Part shown: positions 49,262-64,000 of the stretch, in pieces | Position numbering within the stretch: position 1 is the first letter of the stretch | Layout of the letters: the number at the start of each line of letters is the position of its first letter | DNA from: Eledone cirrhosa | Lineage: Eukaryota | Direction: 5' to 3' | DNA: 64,000 nt | NCBI GenBank assembly: GCA_964016885.1 | Contig: OZ024747.1 | Coordinates: 8,804,001 to 8,868,000, forward strand | Notes under the pieces: generated by a model | What the model was told of the DNA's origin: nothing | Seen by the model: the letters and a program-made list of their open reading frames with translations, nothing else | Database searches by the model: none | Position numbers and translations under genes: made by a program

Positions 49262-49363
49262 AAAGTTTATGGTCAGGTAAGTTTCAAATAATACATTAAT
49301 AGTTAAATATATTTATATTTAACTATTAATGTATTATTTGAAACTTACCTGACCATAAACTTT
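49262..49363. repeat. Perfect palindrome, 50-bp arms, 2-nt spacer
   Basis: 49262-49311 is the exact reverse complement of 49314-49363. Abuts (TA)n. Confidence 0.92.
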
Positions 49364-49370
49364 ATATATA

Positions 49371-49411
<41 letters not shown>

Positions 49412-50264
49412 GGTCCGGGTAACTATTTCAATCATACCTTATTTTGTTTGACCCGTTTAGCTTGTTCGCTTTTTGGGCTCTGGTGGTTAATGGCTTCTTA
49501 ACCATCGTCTCAGTTTGTATGACCTTTTTAACTTATGTTTACAGCTCTGGTATCTTCATATCCATAGAGCGCTTGTCTACACAATCCGGAAGTTGCGTTT
49601 CGCTAATTTCTACCCGCCGAAATGCGATTCTCGCTAAATTTATATTTGCATTTATATATATATATATATTTATATTTATCCTTATCGAGCCCTCTTTGGA
49701 TTTTAGTCTTCAAATTTATTATTATTACTATATTTATATATATATATATATAATTATAAGAAAGTGAATGAATTATAATGATTAAGGCTCAATTTTATTC
49801 TCTGAATTCTATCTTGAGCTGTTTTTAGAGACAAGACATATGAATGATTCAAAATCAAACATGACACCTTTTACTTTGAAAGTAATAATAATTATATATA
49901 TATGCATGTGTGTGTGTATGTCTCATGTAAAGAATGCATCTTGAAGTGTCACCTACACTAAAGATGTGTTGTATATACCATACTTCAAGAATAAATTATG
50001 GTTTGATGTCACAAATGGCATCCAGCATAGGTTTGGGGAACAGAATCAGAATGATGAAGCAGTTACAGATATTTGCATATCTGTTATATTAAAGCTGATG
50101 TTTTGGTGGAGGAAAACCTGTCATGCTGGAAATGGGATTGAAAGTGTATGTCTGAGAGTTGTGGCAGAAAAGTGGAATTTTTTTTTCTTTTAATCCCACA
50201 TCTTTATGGAAATGGGATGGTAAATGAGTGTGTGTGAGAGAACTAAAATAGGAACTCCTTTTTA

Positions 50265-50790
50265 AATCTTCGGTCACACTGTGATGGCCGTGCTATCCAT
50301 GTGTAGAGGTGAAACCAGCAAAGTGAGAGTTGGTAATGAGTACAGGGATGAAATAGACTTCCTCAGTTGTCAGTGATACACCCTAGAGGTTGTTGCATCT
50401 TTTGTTACCTTGACGATCTAATCGGATGTTCTGAAAGTGTGGTAAGAATGAGCTGGAAGGGAGCTAATACTTGTGTTGACAACAAAGTGCTAGACTATAA
50501 TGCTTGTGTGTGAACAGCAATGAGAGATGACTGCTGAAAACCTGCAAGGTAAGTATGCTCCAATGGATGTGTAGCAATGTAACATAAGGAATTGGATTCA
50601 GTGTGCAATGACTGGATTGGTATGTACATGTGATGTATATGGAAGATGACACCTGAATAAAGTGCAGAGAAACCTCGGAAGAGATGGTGAAGACTGACCT
50701 TAAGATGATGGAGATGACTAATGATTGTGAGGATTGGTACAATGCTGTACTGCGGAAGACCAGCCTATCAACATAAAATATGACCTCATC
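50265..50790 (+). mobile_element. Decayed RTE 3-prime fragment
   Basis: Patchy similarity to 31660-32100 (agcatgctc/atggatgtg, gagatggtgaagactgacct, atgctgtactg). Confidence 0.45.
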
Positions 50791-51425
50791 CATCACCATG
50801 CTCTGCTCACTGTACCCAGAACCACCACCACCCTGTTTAAATCTTAAAATACCAGTCATAACTTTTTAGTAACTGTTCACATCACTGTACTCTCTCTCAT
50901 CCTCTTGACAATTCCCACCCATGGCATACTTCCTGTCTCCTCATAGTGTAGGGATGGATTTTCAGTTGAGTCAATGACCAGCACCCTTCCTAACGCTGGT
51001 ACAGTGTAAAGTGATGGGAGCTTCCAGCTGTAGAAACCATTGTGTCAAGAGTGCAGCAACTCCTTTAGTTTTGGTGATCTACACGAGAATTGCACAGTAT
51101 ATTCTGTAAAGTGGTTGGTGATAGGAAGGGAATCCAGCAAGTAGAAAACCTGCCAAATGAAGGCTAAAGAAGATATCACCTCCCTAATGCTGGTACCAAG
51201 ATAAACTGCAGCTGACCCATCAAAGCCTAACATTGTCACACGCTGAATCTCACTAAGAATTACATAAAGTGTCTGTGGAATGCTCAGCCTCTTACACATT
51301 AATTTCGCGAGAAGGTTGTTCCGTTGACCGAACATACGGGACACTCATAGTCGAAACCGGCGAAGGTTCATTCCAGTCTCTATACTTAGTAATTAGAAAT
51401 GTTGGCAAATGAAAAAAAAAAAAAT

Positions 51426-51519
51426 TGCCCCAGGTGAGGATCGAACTCACGACCTTCAGATGACTCGGTACTTTACATTGATTATGAGACTGACGCGCTG
51501 CCTACTGCGCTACCGAGGC
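51426..51519 (-). tRNA. tRNA-Met(CAU), elongator type, with 21-nt intron (51462-51482)
   Basis: Minus strand reads GCCTCGGTAGCGCAGTAGGCAGCGCGTCAGTCTCATA[ATCAATGTAAAGTACCGAGTC]ATCTGAAGGTCGTGAGTTCGATCCTCACCTGGGGCA. The 73-nt exon sequence folds as a cloverleaf closely matching eukaryotic elongator tRNA-Met, with A and B boxes intact and a poly-T terminator directly downstream (51412-51424). Confidence 0.95.
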
Positions 51520-54190
51520 AATTGGATTAACTCGCTTACAATATAGTACATGAAACTGTATCAAATCATGTTATTGCTATTATCTGGTGATTATAATGTT
51601 GGGGGCGATAACTATTGAAAGTATTAGAACCTAAATGTAAACGCGAGACATCATCGTTTAACGTCTATTTTCCACGATAGCATGGGTTAGACGAGTTAGG
51701 CCAGGTGACCGTATCTTGCTCCTACAATACTGGTTTTAGCTTGGTTTCTACGGTTGTATACCTTTCCTAACGACAACCACATTTGCAGTGTGGGCTGTGT
51801 GCTTTTTGTCGTGATACCAACACGACCATTTTACAGTGTACTATACACATAATGATAATCAGGCAATCTGCTCTGCCTTACTAAGAGACATGACGACTCT
51901 TTAAGTTTCAGAGTTCGAGTCCCCACGGAATTGATTTTACCATTCATTTTTCTCTGAATAAAAAAGAATTAACAATTATCTATCTATCTTTTGTCGAACA
52001 GTTAAGTTATGGGACATGAACGTACAGAAATAAACATGACTGGCTTCTAGTTTTCCGTCTGCTAAATTCCATTTTTAAGACATAGGTTAAACCAGGACTT
52101 TAGTTGGGTTAGAAACACATTTGAAAATAAATTAGTTTGTAAGGGGAGACTTCCGGCGCTCTTAGCCCCCCGGACCCCATTCCTATTCACTGCTATCGGA
52201 GCAGAGTTCACACACACAACTTTGAAAACTCAATTAATACGCTTTCTATTATAATACCTGGAGTAAACCTGAACAATCTATTTATGCCAGTAATCAATAA
52301 GTTTAATCCAATCATTGTAATAAATGAAGCACTCCTGCACTTTTGACACTTGGTCAGAAAAAAAAAAAATTAAGGGGAACAACTCTGTATTGACTATCAT
52401 AAAGTTTATATTACAATGTATGGAATATCCGAAAAGTAGAATTATTGATATCAGTTCTAAAATGCTGAAGATGTTTGAAATATATTAATAGTGAAAGTTT
52501 ACAAATCATCATCGTCATCATTTAACGTCTTTCACTGCTAACAAGGGTTGGGTATGTCATCACAGACCAAGCCAGTATTTAATCGGAGCTGCTGGCTACT
52601 AAGACGAACTGCATCTCGTTAACATACGTCCCCGTACTTTACAGTGGAGAGGGAACAGTTTATCGTTGCACCAGTGCTGGAGAGGGTGTCACATCTTTGA
52701 CACAACCTAAGAGTCTTCACGACTCTGTTTAAAAAATTTTCTACGGATGTTTTTCTACAACTTAACCACGGATGGAATGGCAGTGATCATAACCCTTTAT
52801 ATCTGTCCCTCTAAGAATAATGGGGAGAAGCAAAAACCTTATCCTTAAATGGGAGACCTGTTCTGAATACTTGCAACAGAATGAACTCACCTAAAGACAC
52901 ATAAGGTCCAAGTGGTCGTGTTAAACTGGACGATGAATTAAGTCTACTCCCCAAGACATCAGATCTCAACTGGAACAAAACAAAACTACATCTAATCTAA
53001 TTTGACTATTTTGCTCATTAGTTGTGCTAGAACTCTATCATTTTCATAACTTGGTACAGTTTTATGCTGTAGCTGCTCCTTTGTAGCACATCACCTTTTT
53101 CCTTGTAACAATTAATGAATATACTGCTACACCAGTCATTAGGTATGTCTAGTTCAGCTCCAAATTCCTTGTGAGTGAAATTTGGTAGACAGGGACTATA
53201 TGGAAATTGGTGAGCAAGACTATTCCTGTTCTTGGGTACCCTTATTTTATCACCCGGTTTAACAGCACCACCAGTTAGACCCACTCTGTTGCAAGCATTC
53301 AGGCCTGATCTTCAGTCTGAGAATAACTTCTTTTTCTCCCACCAGTTATAGCAGCACTGAAGAAAGGTCATAGTTATTGATCTTCCTCTGACTAAATCAC
53401 TGGTTCTAGTTCTATAAAACAAGACCACACATTTTAAATGGTTTCTATGTAAATATATATTACCCAACATAATTCTATATAAGAACCATATCTTAGTATT
53501 TAAATAATTATTTTAGAAAATCCTTCATTAATTAATTAAAAAAGAGTGTATTTCATTAGAAATATGGTAATGAATGGGTTAATAAAACATATCTATTCTA
53601 CTGCCAGATAAAGTAGACTCAGTGCTTTGACTCGTATTACAACAGATAGAGCCACTACTCCGAATTGAGAGATCTCAGCTCTGATATTATGGATATGTGG
53701 TTAGAATATCTTAGGAAAGAATTGCTGGTCAAAATTAACCAGCAGGATTATACCCTGAGGAAGATGGTTGGATAACATCCATGAGCTCGGCTGGTCTCAT
53801 TTACGGATTCAGCTGGATCAATTGGAGAAGGCTGCGTCTGACAGGACCCACTGAAAAGCGTACTTGAGGACTCTGCCTCCACGCCCCTTCCAGGAATAAG
53901 TGGGCAAAGAAGAAGAAAACATCAACAAATTGAACAGCCTTCGCTCCAGATTCATCAGTAATAACAACAATAGTCTAAAACAAAAAAAATGGGATGACCA
54001 TGACCAGAATTCATGCCTGCTTAACTACAATTGAGCTGGACAAAGCAATATTAATAACAACAACAACAAAATTCAGACTTAAGTATTTTTATTGGTTTCC
54101 ATAAATAGGTGTTCAGATTTATGTGAACAGTCATAAAGTATAATCTCATTAGTGTCTCAGTAATTCAATCTAAACATGTGATATAATGTT

Positions 54191-54448
54191 TTAACCCTTT
54201 TGATAGCAAACTGCCTGAAACTAGATTTGGTTTTACGAAATAAAGTTGTTTGTTTTCAGGAGTTTATATTATCTAAAAACCTCTCATCATAATTTCATGT
54301 AAGAAGTGTTAAGTTATGACCCAAACACCAGCTCAATAATGAGAAAGTTAGTTACATTACTAAATCCCTCAAATTCCTAATTATTTAAAAAAAAATTTGA
54401 AAATCATAGGCAGTGTCTTCCATTAGAAATTGTAACAAAAAGGGTTAA
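54191..54448. mobile_element. TTAA-flanked MITE family 2 (TTAACCCTT...AAGGGTTAA); similar termini at 44431-44661 and 49012-49213, fragments at about 25100-25730, 27540-27950, 40220-40590
   Basis: CCCTT termini flanked by TTAA, with shared internal AT-rich sequence among several copies. Confidence 0.6.
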
Positions 54449-55290
54449 CCATGTGGAGATGTGTATTAGTGTTACAGTTTGATTCGAAAGGCTAAATATA
54501 CAGACATGCGTATGGAGAGAGAGAGAGAAATGAAGTGATGTAGAATGGAAAGCTTCAGGACTTATGGCTCATTGTGATAACCTGATAGCCATATATAGCT
54601 ATACTGACATGGAGTGGTTTTGAAGTCTCACTGCAGTGAAGGGAGACACCTTAGCAGTCACACTGACAGGTTCTGATCCAGTAGACACAGTGACAGAAAG
54701 TGGTACAGTAGACTCATACTAACAGGAAATTATGATATTCAATAACCTGTTGTGATACACCTTAGTAAACACTATGTAATTGTGTGAAAATGTTTCAAAT
54801 CGAAATGTGTCAATACAGATGTGTTGTAACAGGTCAGTACAAGTGCTTCCACAGTTTCTGCTTTTCACATCTTACTCACAAGACTTTAGTCAATCTGTGG
54901 CAATAGAAGAAATCACTTGTTGTAGATCTCCTGCAAGAGAACTGTACCCTAACCCACATGGATGTGATGAAAACCTCTTAATAATGTAGCCATGTCTATT
55001 TAGGCAATATAGTTCAAAGAATGCATCCCTAACTATACAACGTGACCCTGGCTGTCACAGAGATAGGGATGTTAAATGGTAATAATGATAAAAGTGCCAT
55101 GTAATGTCTTCTTTGCCTTTAGTTTATATCCCCACCATCCATGTGTGTATATATATACATGTATGCTTGTGTATAGATAGATACATACACGTATGTATAC
55201 ATATATGCAAAATGAAAATGGAAACAACAAAGCAAACAACACAGTACAATGAAGAAATATATTAGTTTAACACCTGATATAGTGGGAAAA

Positions 55291-55335
55291 GAGTTTGTAC
55301 TTTTCGGACACTAGTCCTTCATCAGAAGATAGACT
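55291..55335 (-). ncRNA. Degenerate hammerhead-like motif (Penelope-like remnant)
   Basis: Minus strand CTGATGA-a-GGACtagtGTCC-GAAA-agtacaaactc. Core and stem II are present; stems I and III are not convincingly paired. Confidence 0.4.
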
Positions 55336-55425
55336 GGGGAATAAAAGATGGAAATATGTATGTATACCCAAACCCATGCAAGCGTGGAAGATGGACGTTA
55401 AACGATGGTGATGATGATGATGATG

Positions 55426-57534
<2,109 letters not shown>

Positions 57535-57535
<1 letters not shown>

Positions 57536-59790
57536 TATTTATGTGTTTTTCTGTGTTTCTTCAAAGTGCTGCTTCGTGCAAAGGATTTGATGCAAATGTC
57601 ACAAGGAAACGGTTTCTCTCCCGTATGCATTCGGTGATGTTCCTGCATCTGACTAGAGCGTGCAAAACACTTCCCACAGTCGCTACATCTGAAAGGCTTC
57701 ACTCCAGAGTGAGTTTTAGTGTGTTCTATCATCTGGCTGCTCCGACTGAACTTCTTCCCACACATGTTACAACCAAATGGCTTCTCTCCAGTGTGTGTCC
57801 TGATATGTCGCTTCATGTCATAGTTTCGGGCAAAGAAATTGCCACAAATATAACATTGGAATGGTTTCTCTCCAGAGTGTATTCGGTTGTGTTCTTGGAG
57901 TTTACAACTGCGTGAAAAACCTTTGCCACATGTGTCACACTTGAATGATTTCTCACTGGTATGTGTCTTCAAATGTTCACGTAGCTGGCATCTTCGGCCA
58001 AATTTTTTCTCACATACTTCGCAGCTAAATGGTTTTTCCCCTGTATGAATTTTCAAATGTCTTTTCAGTTGCATGTTTTGGTGGAATAGTTTTCCACATA
58101 TATCACAGGGAAATGGTCTTTCTTCAATGTGTAATTCAGTGTGCTTCTTTAATTCACTGTTTGCAACAAATGAAGAGTCACAAACCTCACCACAGAATGG
58201 TTTCTCAACCATACTTGTACCCTGATCTACCGTTATTTGGTTTGTTTGAACAAAAGGTTTCCCACACATATCACAGTCAAATGATTTCTCTCCAATGTGG
58301 ATTGTTGTTTGATGTTTCTCCCGCAAATCATTTTCCTGGAAGGATTTGTCACACACCTCACATGGGAATAATTTCTCTCCACAATCTTTTAATTTATCGT
58401 CAGCAACCAAAAATTCTCTGCGTTCCTCACATGCAGTCAGTTTGACGTCCATGTGACTTTTAATGTGTTCTTGCAAAAGAGTATTCTCATTAAAGTTCTC
58501 ATTACAAACTGAACACTGGAATAGCTCTTGGTCAGTGTGCAATTGTAAATGTTCATTCAGTTTGCTATTCTGAGAGAAAGACTCTCCACAAGTTTCACAG
58601 CTGAATGGTTTTTCACCTGTGTGTATTCGTATGTGCTCTCGTATCTGAGTACTTCGACTGAATCGCTTACCACAGATATCACAGCCAAATGGTTTTTCTC
58701 CAGTATGGATCCTCGTGTGCCTTTTTCTGTCATAACTGCGAGCAAAGTGCTTTCCACAGACATTACAAGGGAATGGTTTCTCGCCAGTGTGGGTTCTTGT
58801 GTGTTCTTGTAATTTACTACCTTTTGCAAAAGACTTCCCACAAATTTCACACTCAAACAGTTTCTCACTGAGATGAACCTTTAAATGTTCCTGTAACTGT
58901 GAACTTTCTTCAAAAGATGTCCAACAGATGTTACAACTGAACTGTTTATCTTCAGTGTGTGTCCGACTATGTCGAATTTTTTCATCAATTCTCAAAAACT
59001 GTTTTCCACAAACATCACACTGAAAGGGTTTCTCTGGTAAATGAATATGCTGATGTTTATTTAAGGAACTTTTACATGAGAAGGATTTCTCACAAACTTT
59101 ACAGGAAAATAATTTTATACTTGAATGGACATACTGGTGTTGCTGCAATTGGTTATTGCGAGTGAAACATTTTCCACAGATGTCACACTTATATGGTTTT
59201 TCACCTGTGTGTGTTAGCATATGTTCTCGGATCTGGCTGCTACGACCAAAATGTCTTCCACAAATGTTGCAGCTAAATGGTTTTTCACCACTATGTATTT
59301 TTGTGTGTCGCTTCATATCGTAATTTCTAGCAAAATGCATCCCACAAACATCACACTGGAATGGTTTTTCTCCAGTGTGAATCCTGTTGTGTTCGATTAG
59401 TTTGCTGTTTTGACCAAAAGATTTCCCACAACTTTTACAAACAAACGACTTCTTGGTAGCATGAACTTTAAGATGCTCTTGTAAATTTAGAAAATACTTT
59501 CCACAAATTTCACAGAGTGGCATCATTTTTTCCTCATTGTCATTGGTGTCTGTTAGCCTTTCTTGGATGTCTCTAATTTCTGTGAAACTACTTCCATCAT
59601 TGTTATTTTCATTACTTTGAACATTGCAAATGTTGTTGTTGTTGGTGGCGGCAGTGGTAGTGTTGGCTGTGGTGGGATTGTTAATGTTGTCATTGAGTTC
59701 TTGGGGGTAAAAATCTTTGGGAGGTTCAGCAACAGAAATCACAGAAGTGTATGCAGTTAAAATATCTGCGAGATCCATGCTTACAGTCAT
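57535..59790 (-). CDS. C2H2 zinc-finger protein ZNF-D (751 aa from first ATG): about 23 finger units including several degenerate ones
   Basis: Uninterrupted ORF. The track start at 59805 is a TTG; the first ATG is at 59790, with an in-frame stop upstream at 59821-59823. The stop follows the last finger (HRKTHK*). Confidence 0.94.
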
Positions 59791-60225
59791 ATTTACTATC
59801 GGCAATGACTGGAGGAGGTTTCAATTGTTAAAATCCAGCGTTATAATCCAATGAATCGATGAATCAAATTCTTTAAAAGATACAAGATAACTGATACACC
59901 ACTTTATACACAGGCCAAACGAGGTTGAATTCTAAATTCATAATCAGTGGTAGACATATTCATTAATGAGTGATTAGGTTTAGGTTGTTGTTGGGTAATA
60001 CTGACTTGCTATGTTTGAGCAGACCTAAGATTAGTTGTATTGACTTCAAAGGAAAAGGAGATGACATTTGAGGTGTTTATATAAAAATGAAGTGAAATTG
60101 CATTTATTGAGTCACAGATCTGGTTAATGGAGCAGAGAATTGACCTAAATGGTTGCAACAGAGTGAACTGAACTGAAGATACTCAGGATGTGGTGGTGTT
60201 AAACTGGACAAGTGATTAAGTTTAC

Positions 60226-60476
60226 CTTTGCCTCTGCAGCACTCATTACATGAAATAATTAAGATCCATGACAGTATAGATGGAAAGTAGACATAAAATT
60301 GATGATGATGATGAGGTTTACAGTTAGATATGCTTGTAGCAGTAAATGTTTCTTTGGAAGAGATCAGCTGTCAATGTGATCTGATGGTTCAGATGAGGAT
60401 CCATATCTGATTCCTGATACATCTGTGGTAGCGAATGGGTGTCGTCTGACAGGAACAAGGAACTCACAGAATGCAC
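60226..60476 (-). other. Candidate upstream exon of ZNF-D
   Basis: Acceptor ttttttcactttctAG at 60477-60478, donor aaag|GTaaac at 60224-60225, next possible acceptor cttttaaAG at 59871-59872. Confidence 0.35.
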
Positions 60477-61814
60477 CTAGAAAGTGAAAAAATATAGATA
60501 TAGAAATTGTTTATTCATGGTTTAGGGGAGAAAGGACAGCTTTCATGACCCTTTTCGGGGACTCTGAGATTGGTTGGTGTAAGTGGGGAAGTTACCCTTA
60601 AATTAGAGACGTAATCCAAATGCTTGCAACTGAATGGATTGCACTGAGGACTCCCAACGGTCAGGTCATGGTGGTGGTGGTATTAAACTGAGCTAGGGAT
60701 TAAGTATATCACATCAGAATATGAACACTTCTTCCCAGAGGCTTCCAAACACTTTCTGTCTTCCAAATTTCACTCACAAGGTTTTGAATGACTGACCAGG
60801 AGCTAGGATAGATATTGGCCTGAGGTGCTGTATAGTGTGATGGAATCAAAAACAGTGTAGTTGCACAGCAAACTTCTTAATCACACAATAATTCCTGCAT
60901 TAATATTTGCAGATGAAACATGTTTGTATGATCAGTGCTGTAAATACAGAACTGGTGAACAGAATGTTTGTGGTGTTTGATTGTTGAGACTCTGAGATAA
61001 AGTCAATCTCAGAGAGATGAAATATGTTGTCATTTCTACTTTAATCAGCCTTATTTAACCCTTTTGCATTTAAACCAGCCATATCCAGCCAGAATTCTCT
61101 CACCTCTTTCTGTTCAAACTGGCCGTAATTGACCACTCATACTGATGTTAAGGTATTGTTCTTAAAATAAATAACATCAAAATCTCATAAATTTGATATT
61201 ATGTGAGATAATTATGTAAGATAAAGTCTTTACTATGAAAATACAATAGTAAATACCGAGTAATGTAAATGGTAAAGTGTTCAAATAATAATGGATGATT
61301 TCATACAGGAAACACAATTGAGTCAACTTAGCTCCAGGTCTTACTTGGCACTAAACAACAACAATAACAATAAAGGCATTTAACCGAAACTGATCTGTTT
61401 TGCTCACAGTCCCATTTAGAATAATAGAAATGATTTTACACAGAAAGCACAATGGAGTCGATTTAAACAACATCAACATAGTCATTTAGCAATGATTAAC
61501 CCAGTTTGTTAGGGCTATGTAGGGCTACATCAATTATTTTTTCCCAGCCTAAGGTCAGATACTTTTTCAACAGACCTCGTAGGATTGGACTACAGGGTTT
61601 TTTAGAAACCCAGGTCACATTCCTCCTATGCAATCCCAGGTTTTCCTCAATTCCTCGCCGTCATCTCATAACTTTTCACTTGAGCATTAAATTAACACGA
61701 GCAAGCTTTTCAAACCTCAATAATTATACTCTCGGGTGGAATTAAGTCTGAAGCAGCTGTTTTCTATTAACTCTTATAAGTACACTATACAAAGGTATAT
61801 TGGTATTTTATCTG

Positions 61815-62290
61815 ATATATGTATATATATACACACACAATTATACATTATAGTTGGGTATAAAATATATATATATATATATGTATACACAATGTACACT
61901 ATAGTTGGGTATATATATACACACACAATTATACATTATAGTTGGGTATAAAATATATATATATATATATATATATGTGTATACACAATGTACACTATAG
62001 TTGGGTATATATATACACAATGTACACTATAGTTGGGTATATATATACACACACAATTATACATTATAGTTGGGTATAAAATATATATATATATATATAT
62101 ATGTATACACAATGTACACTATAGTTGGGTATATTGGTGTGCATATATATATATATATATACACATACCTACATATACACACATATATATACATACATAT
62201 ACACACATACATATATAGGCAATGTACATTATACTTATAAGAGTATTTCAGTTTATATATATATATATACACACACAATGTACACTATTC
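61815..62290. repeat. Compound minisatellite (caca.at...tatagttgggta units with TA tracts)
   Basis: tatagttgggta recurs 7 times. Confidence 0.8.
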
Positions 62291-64000
62291 TTTCCCAGTA
62301 TAGATTCCTTGTTTGGCTAAAATTCTTCCACTGGGAGCCAAGAACTCTCCCACTGAGAATTACTAGACTAAATATAGTATTTGTTCCCCTACATACTGAG
62401 TTAAAACTTCACGAGTTTGATAAATACAATGAAAATTAATATCCTGCTGTTGTTTCAAGTGCAAAGACATACTTTATACTTGATCCAGAGAAATAATTAT
62501 CGTTGTTTTTATTAATGTTGTTTAGCAAACATATGATCAAATCCATTCTAGCCGTGACCATCTCACCATTTTAATACTAGGGACTGCATTATCTTATGTG
62601 CCATTTCCTTATTGCCAACAGTAGTGATATTTAAAGGATATTTAGCTGTTATTTCTAGCAAGTCGAGCAACCACATACATGATCCTACATTGTTTTGTTA
62701 TTGTTGTTTCATATTTCTTTCTGCATTAAAATTCCGCTTGTATCAACTCTTGATTTTCACTACGATGTTGATAAATTAATTAGCAATAATATACACAGGT
62801 TAACAAATCCCTACTGACCCTATCCCCCCCCCCCACACACACAAAGACTGACCTTATCCGTCTGTAAAAAATTACCATTTTTTTTTGTCTTAAGTGGGAC
62901 AATGCGTGTGTCAAAAAAAAAATGTTTTAATTGCTATTGCCTTTAGGAGTTAAAAAATATTTAACACAAATATTGTATATAATATCAATACATCACATCT
63001 ATTTTCACACAGAACTTCCATCAAAAAGAAAACTTTCGGTGATCGTTGCACAATGAATAAAATCTTAGTTTATTTTATTAACCCACAGTATTTAGCAAAG
63101 AATTTTGTTTTTATGTCCCACACGAAGATAATTGTGTGTTTTTTCTGTCTATTTATAGACTTTCTGATTACTAGGTTAATATTGAATACAGGTAGATGTT
63201 GCTTATACACAACTAACTATATTGAACGGCAATTTTGACAGTCAACTTACGTTGCTTTCCAAGAATTTTGAACACAGTTAAAGGTTTCTTTCTCCAATCT
63301 TTTCCCCTCGGTTTGTTTCTTGTTTAGTTTTTCCTGCAATTAACCAGTATCCAGCCATCAGCGGGAAACTGTTGTTACGTTAACCATATATATTTTCTCC
63401 ACAAATGCACAATAAAGGCTTGACGGTGAATTACGGTGTTTGTTCTGTCTTGAAATCTCGTCTGGAACGTTTCACGCCATTCCATTTTTCTAACTCTCAG
63501 AACAGTTTCTAATTATAAGAATTATGATAAAACATAACTTTGATTAAATTAAGCCGATATATATATATTTTTATTGCTAATAATTCTTACATTTCATTGA
63601 GTACATCACTCGTATTAAAATTTGGAACTGGAACTTCTAAACTAATGCTTATATATACCAAAGGCTCAATGAAGAGTAATTCAAATCAAACTCTCTAAAA
63701 TTATAGAAAATGTTTAGTCTGATACACATCTACACGAAAACATTTTAGCATATTATGCTTTCAATTAATATGGAAACTATTTTGAAGAATACAAATTAAA
63801 ATGAACACCGCTACCGGTTCATGGAATAGTTACAGTTTATTACTGATTTTTCCATTTAAAAAAAACGATACACGACTTTGCTTTTTGTTGATGAAAGTAT
63901 TTCTTATATTCTTTTACTTTGTGCAATCCGTGCCGACGTTTGCATCAAAGGAGACCGACCATCATTGTAGATGTAATTCTTTTTAAGTTCAAAATAAACA

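Noticed and set aside
49408-49695. Possible Tc1/mariner MITE (AGAGGG...CCCTCT ends)
   Set aside because: Terminal match is short and imperfect with no TA duplication on the right; not enough support.

Overview
AT-rich, microsatellite- and retroelement-dense animal genomic DNA, most likely an octopus (coleoid cephalopod). That assignment is inferred from the KRAB-less tandem C2H2 gene cluster and the SINE/RTE/CR1 repeat landscape, not from a database hit. The window holds four poly-C2H2 zinc-finger genes whose CDSs are each a single exon (+14550-17147, -28481-30571, +46196-47734, -57535-59790). It also holds one intact intron-containing elongator tRNA-Met(CAU) gene (-51426-51519), two decayed tRNA-like sequences, and many TE remnants (CR1, RTE and CRE-like LINE fragments, a hAT/Buster-type transposase pseudogene, hAT and TTAA-flanked MITEs, tRNA-derived SINEs, two possible solo LTRs). 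Most notable: (1) an inverted pair of apparently intact minimal type-I hammerhead ribozymes inside a 1-kb cluster of foldback palindromes (35073-36011); (2) zinc-finger arrays whose DNA-contacting residues are homogenised or periodic while the rest diverges, suggesting repeat-reading proteins, with the main ZNF-A fingerprint variants being exactly A-to-G (editable) codon changes; (3) a 13-unit His/Met/Ser-rich coding repeat in ZNF-A; (4) the tRNA-Met intron. Most short ORFs in the supplied track are microsatellite or antisense artefacts. TE and repeat boundaries are approximate, read by eye.
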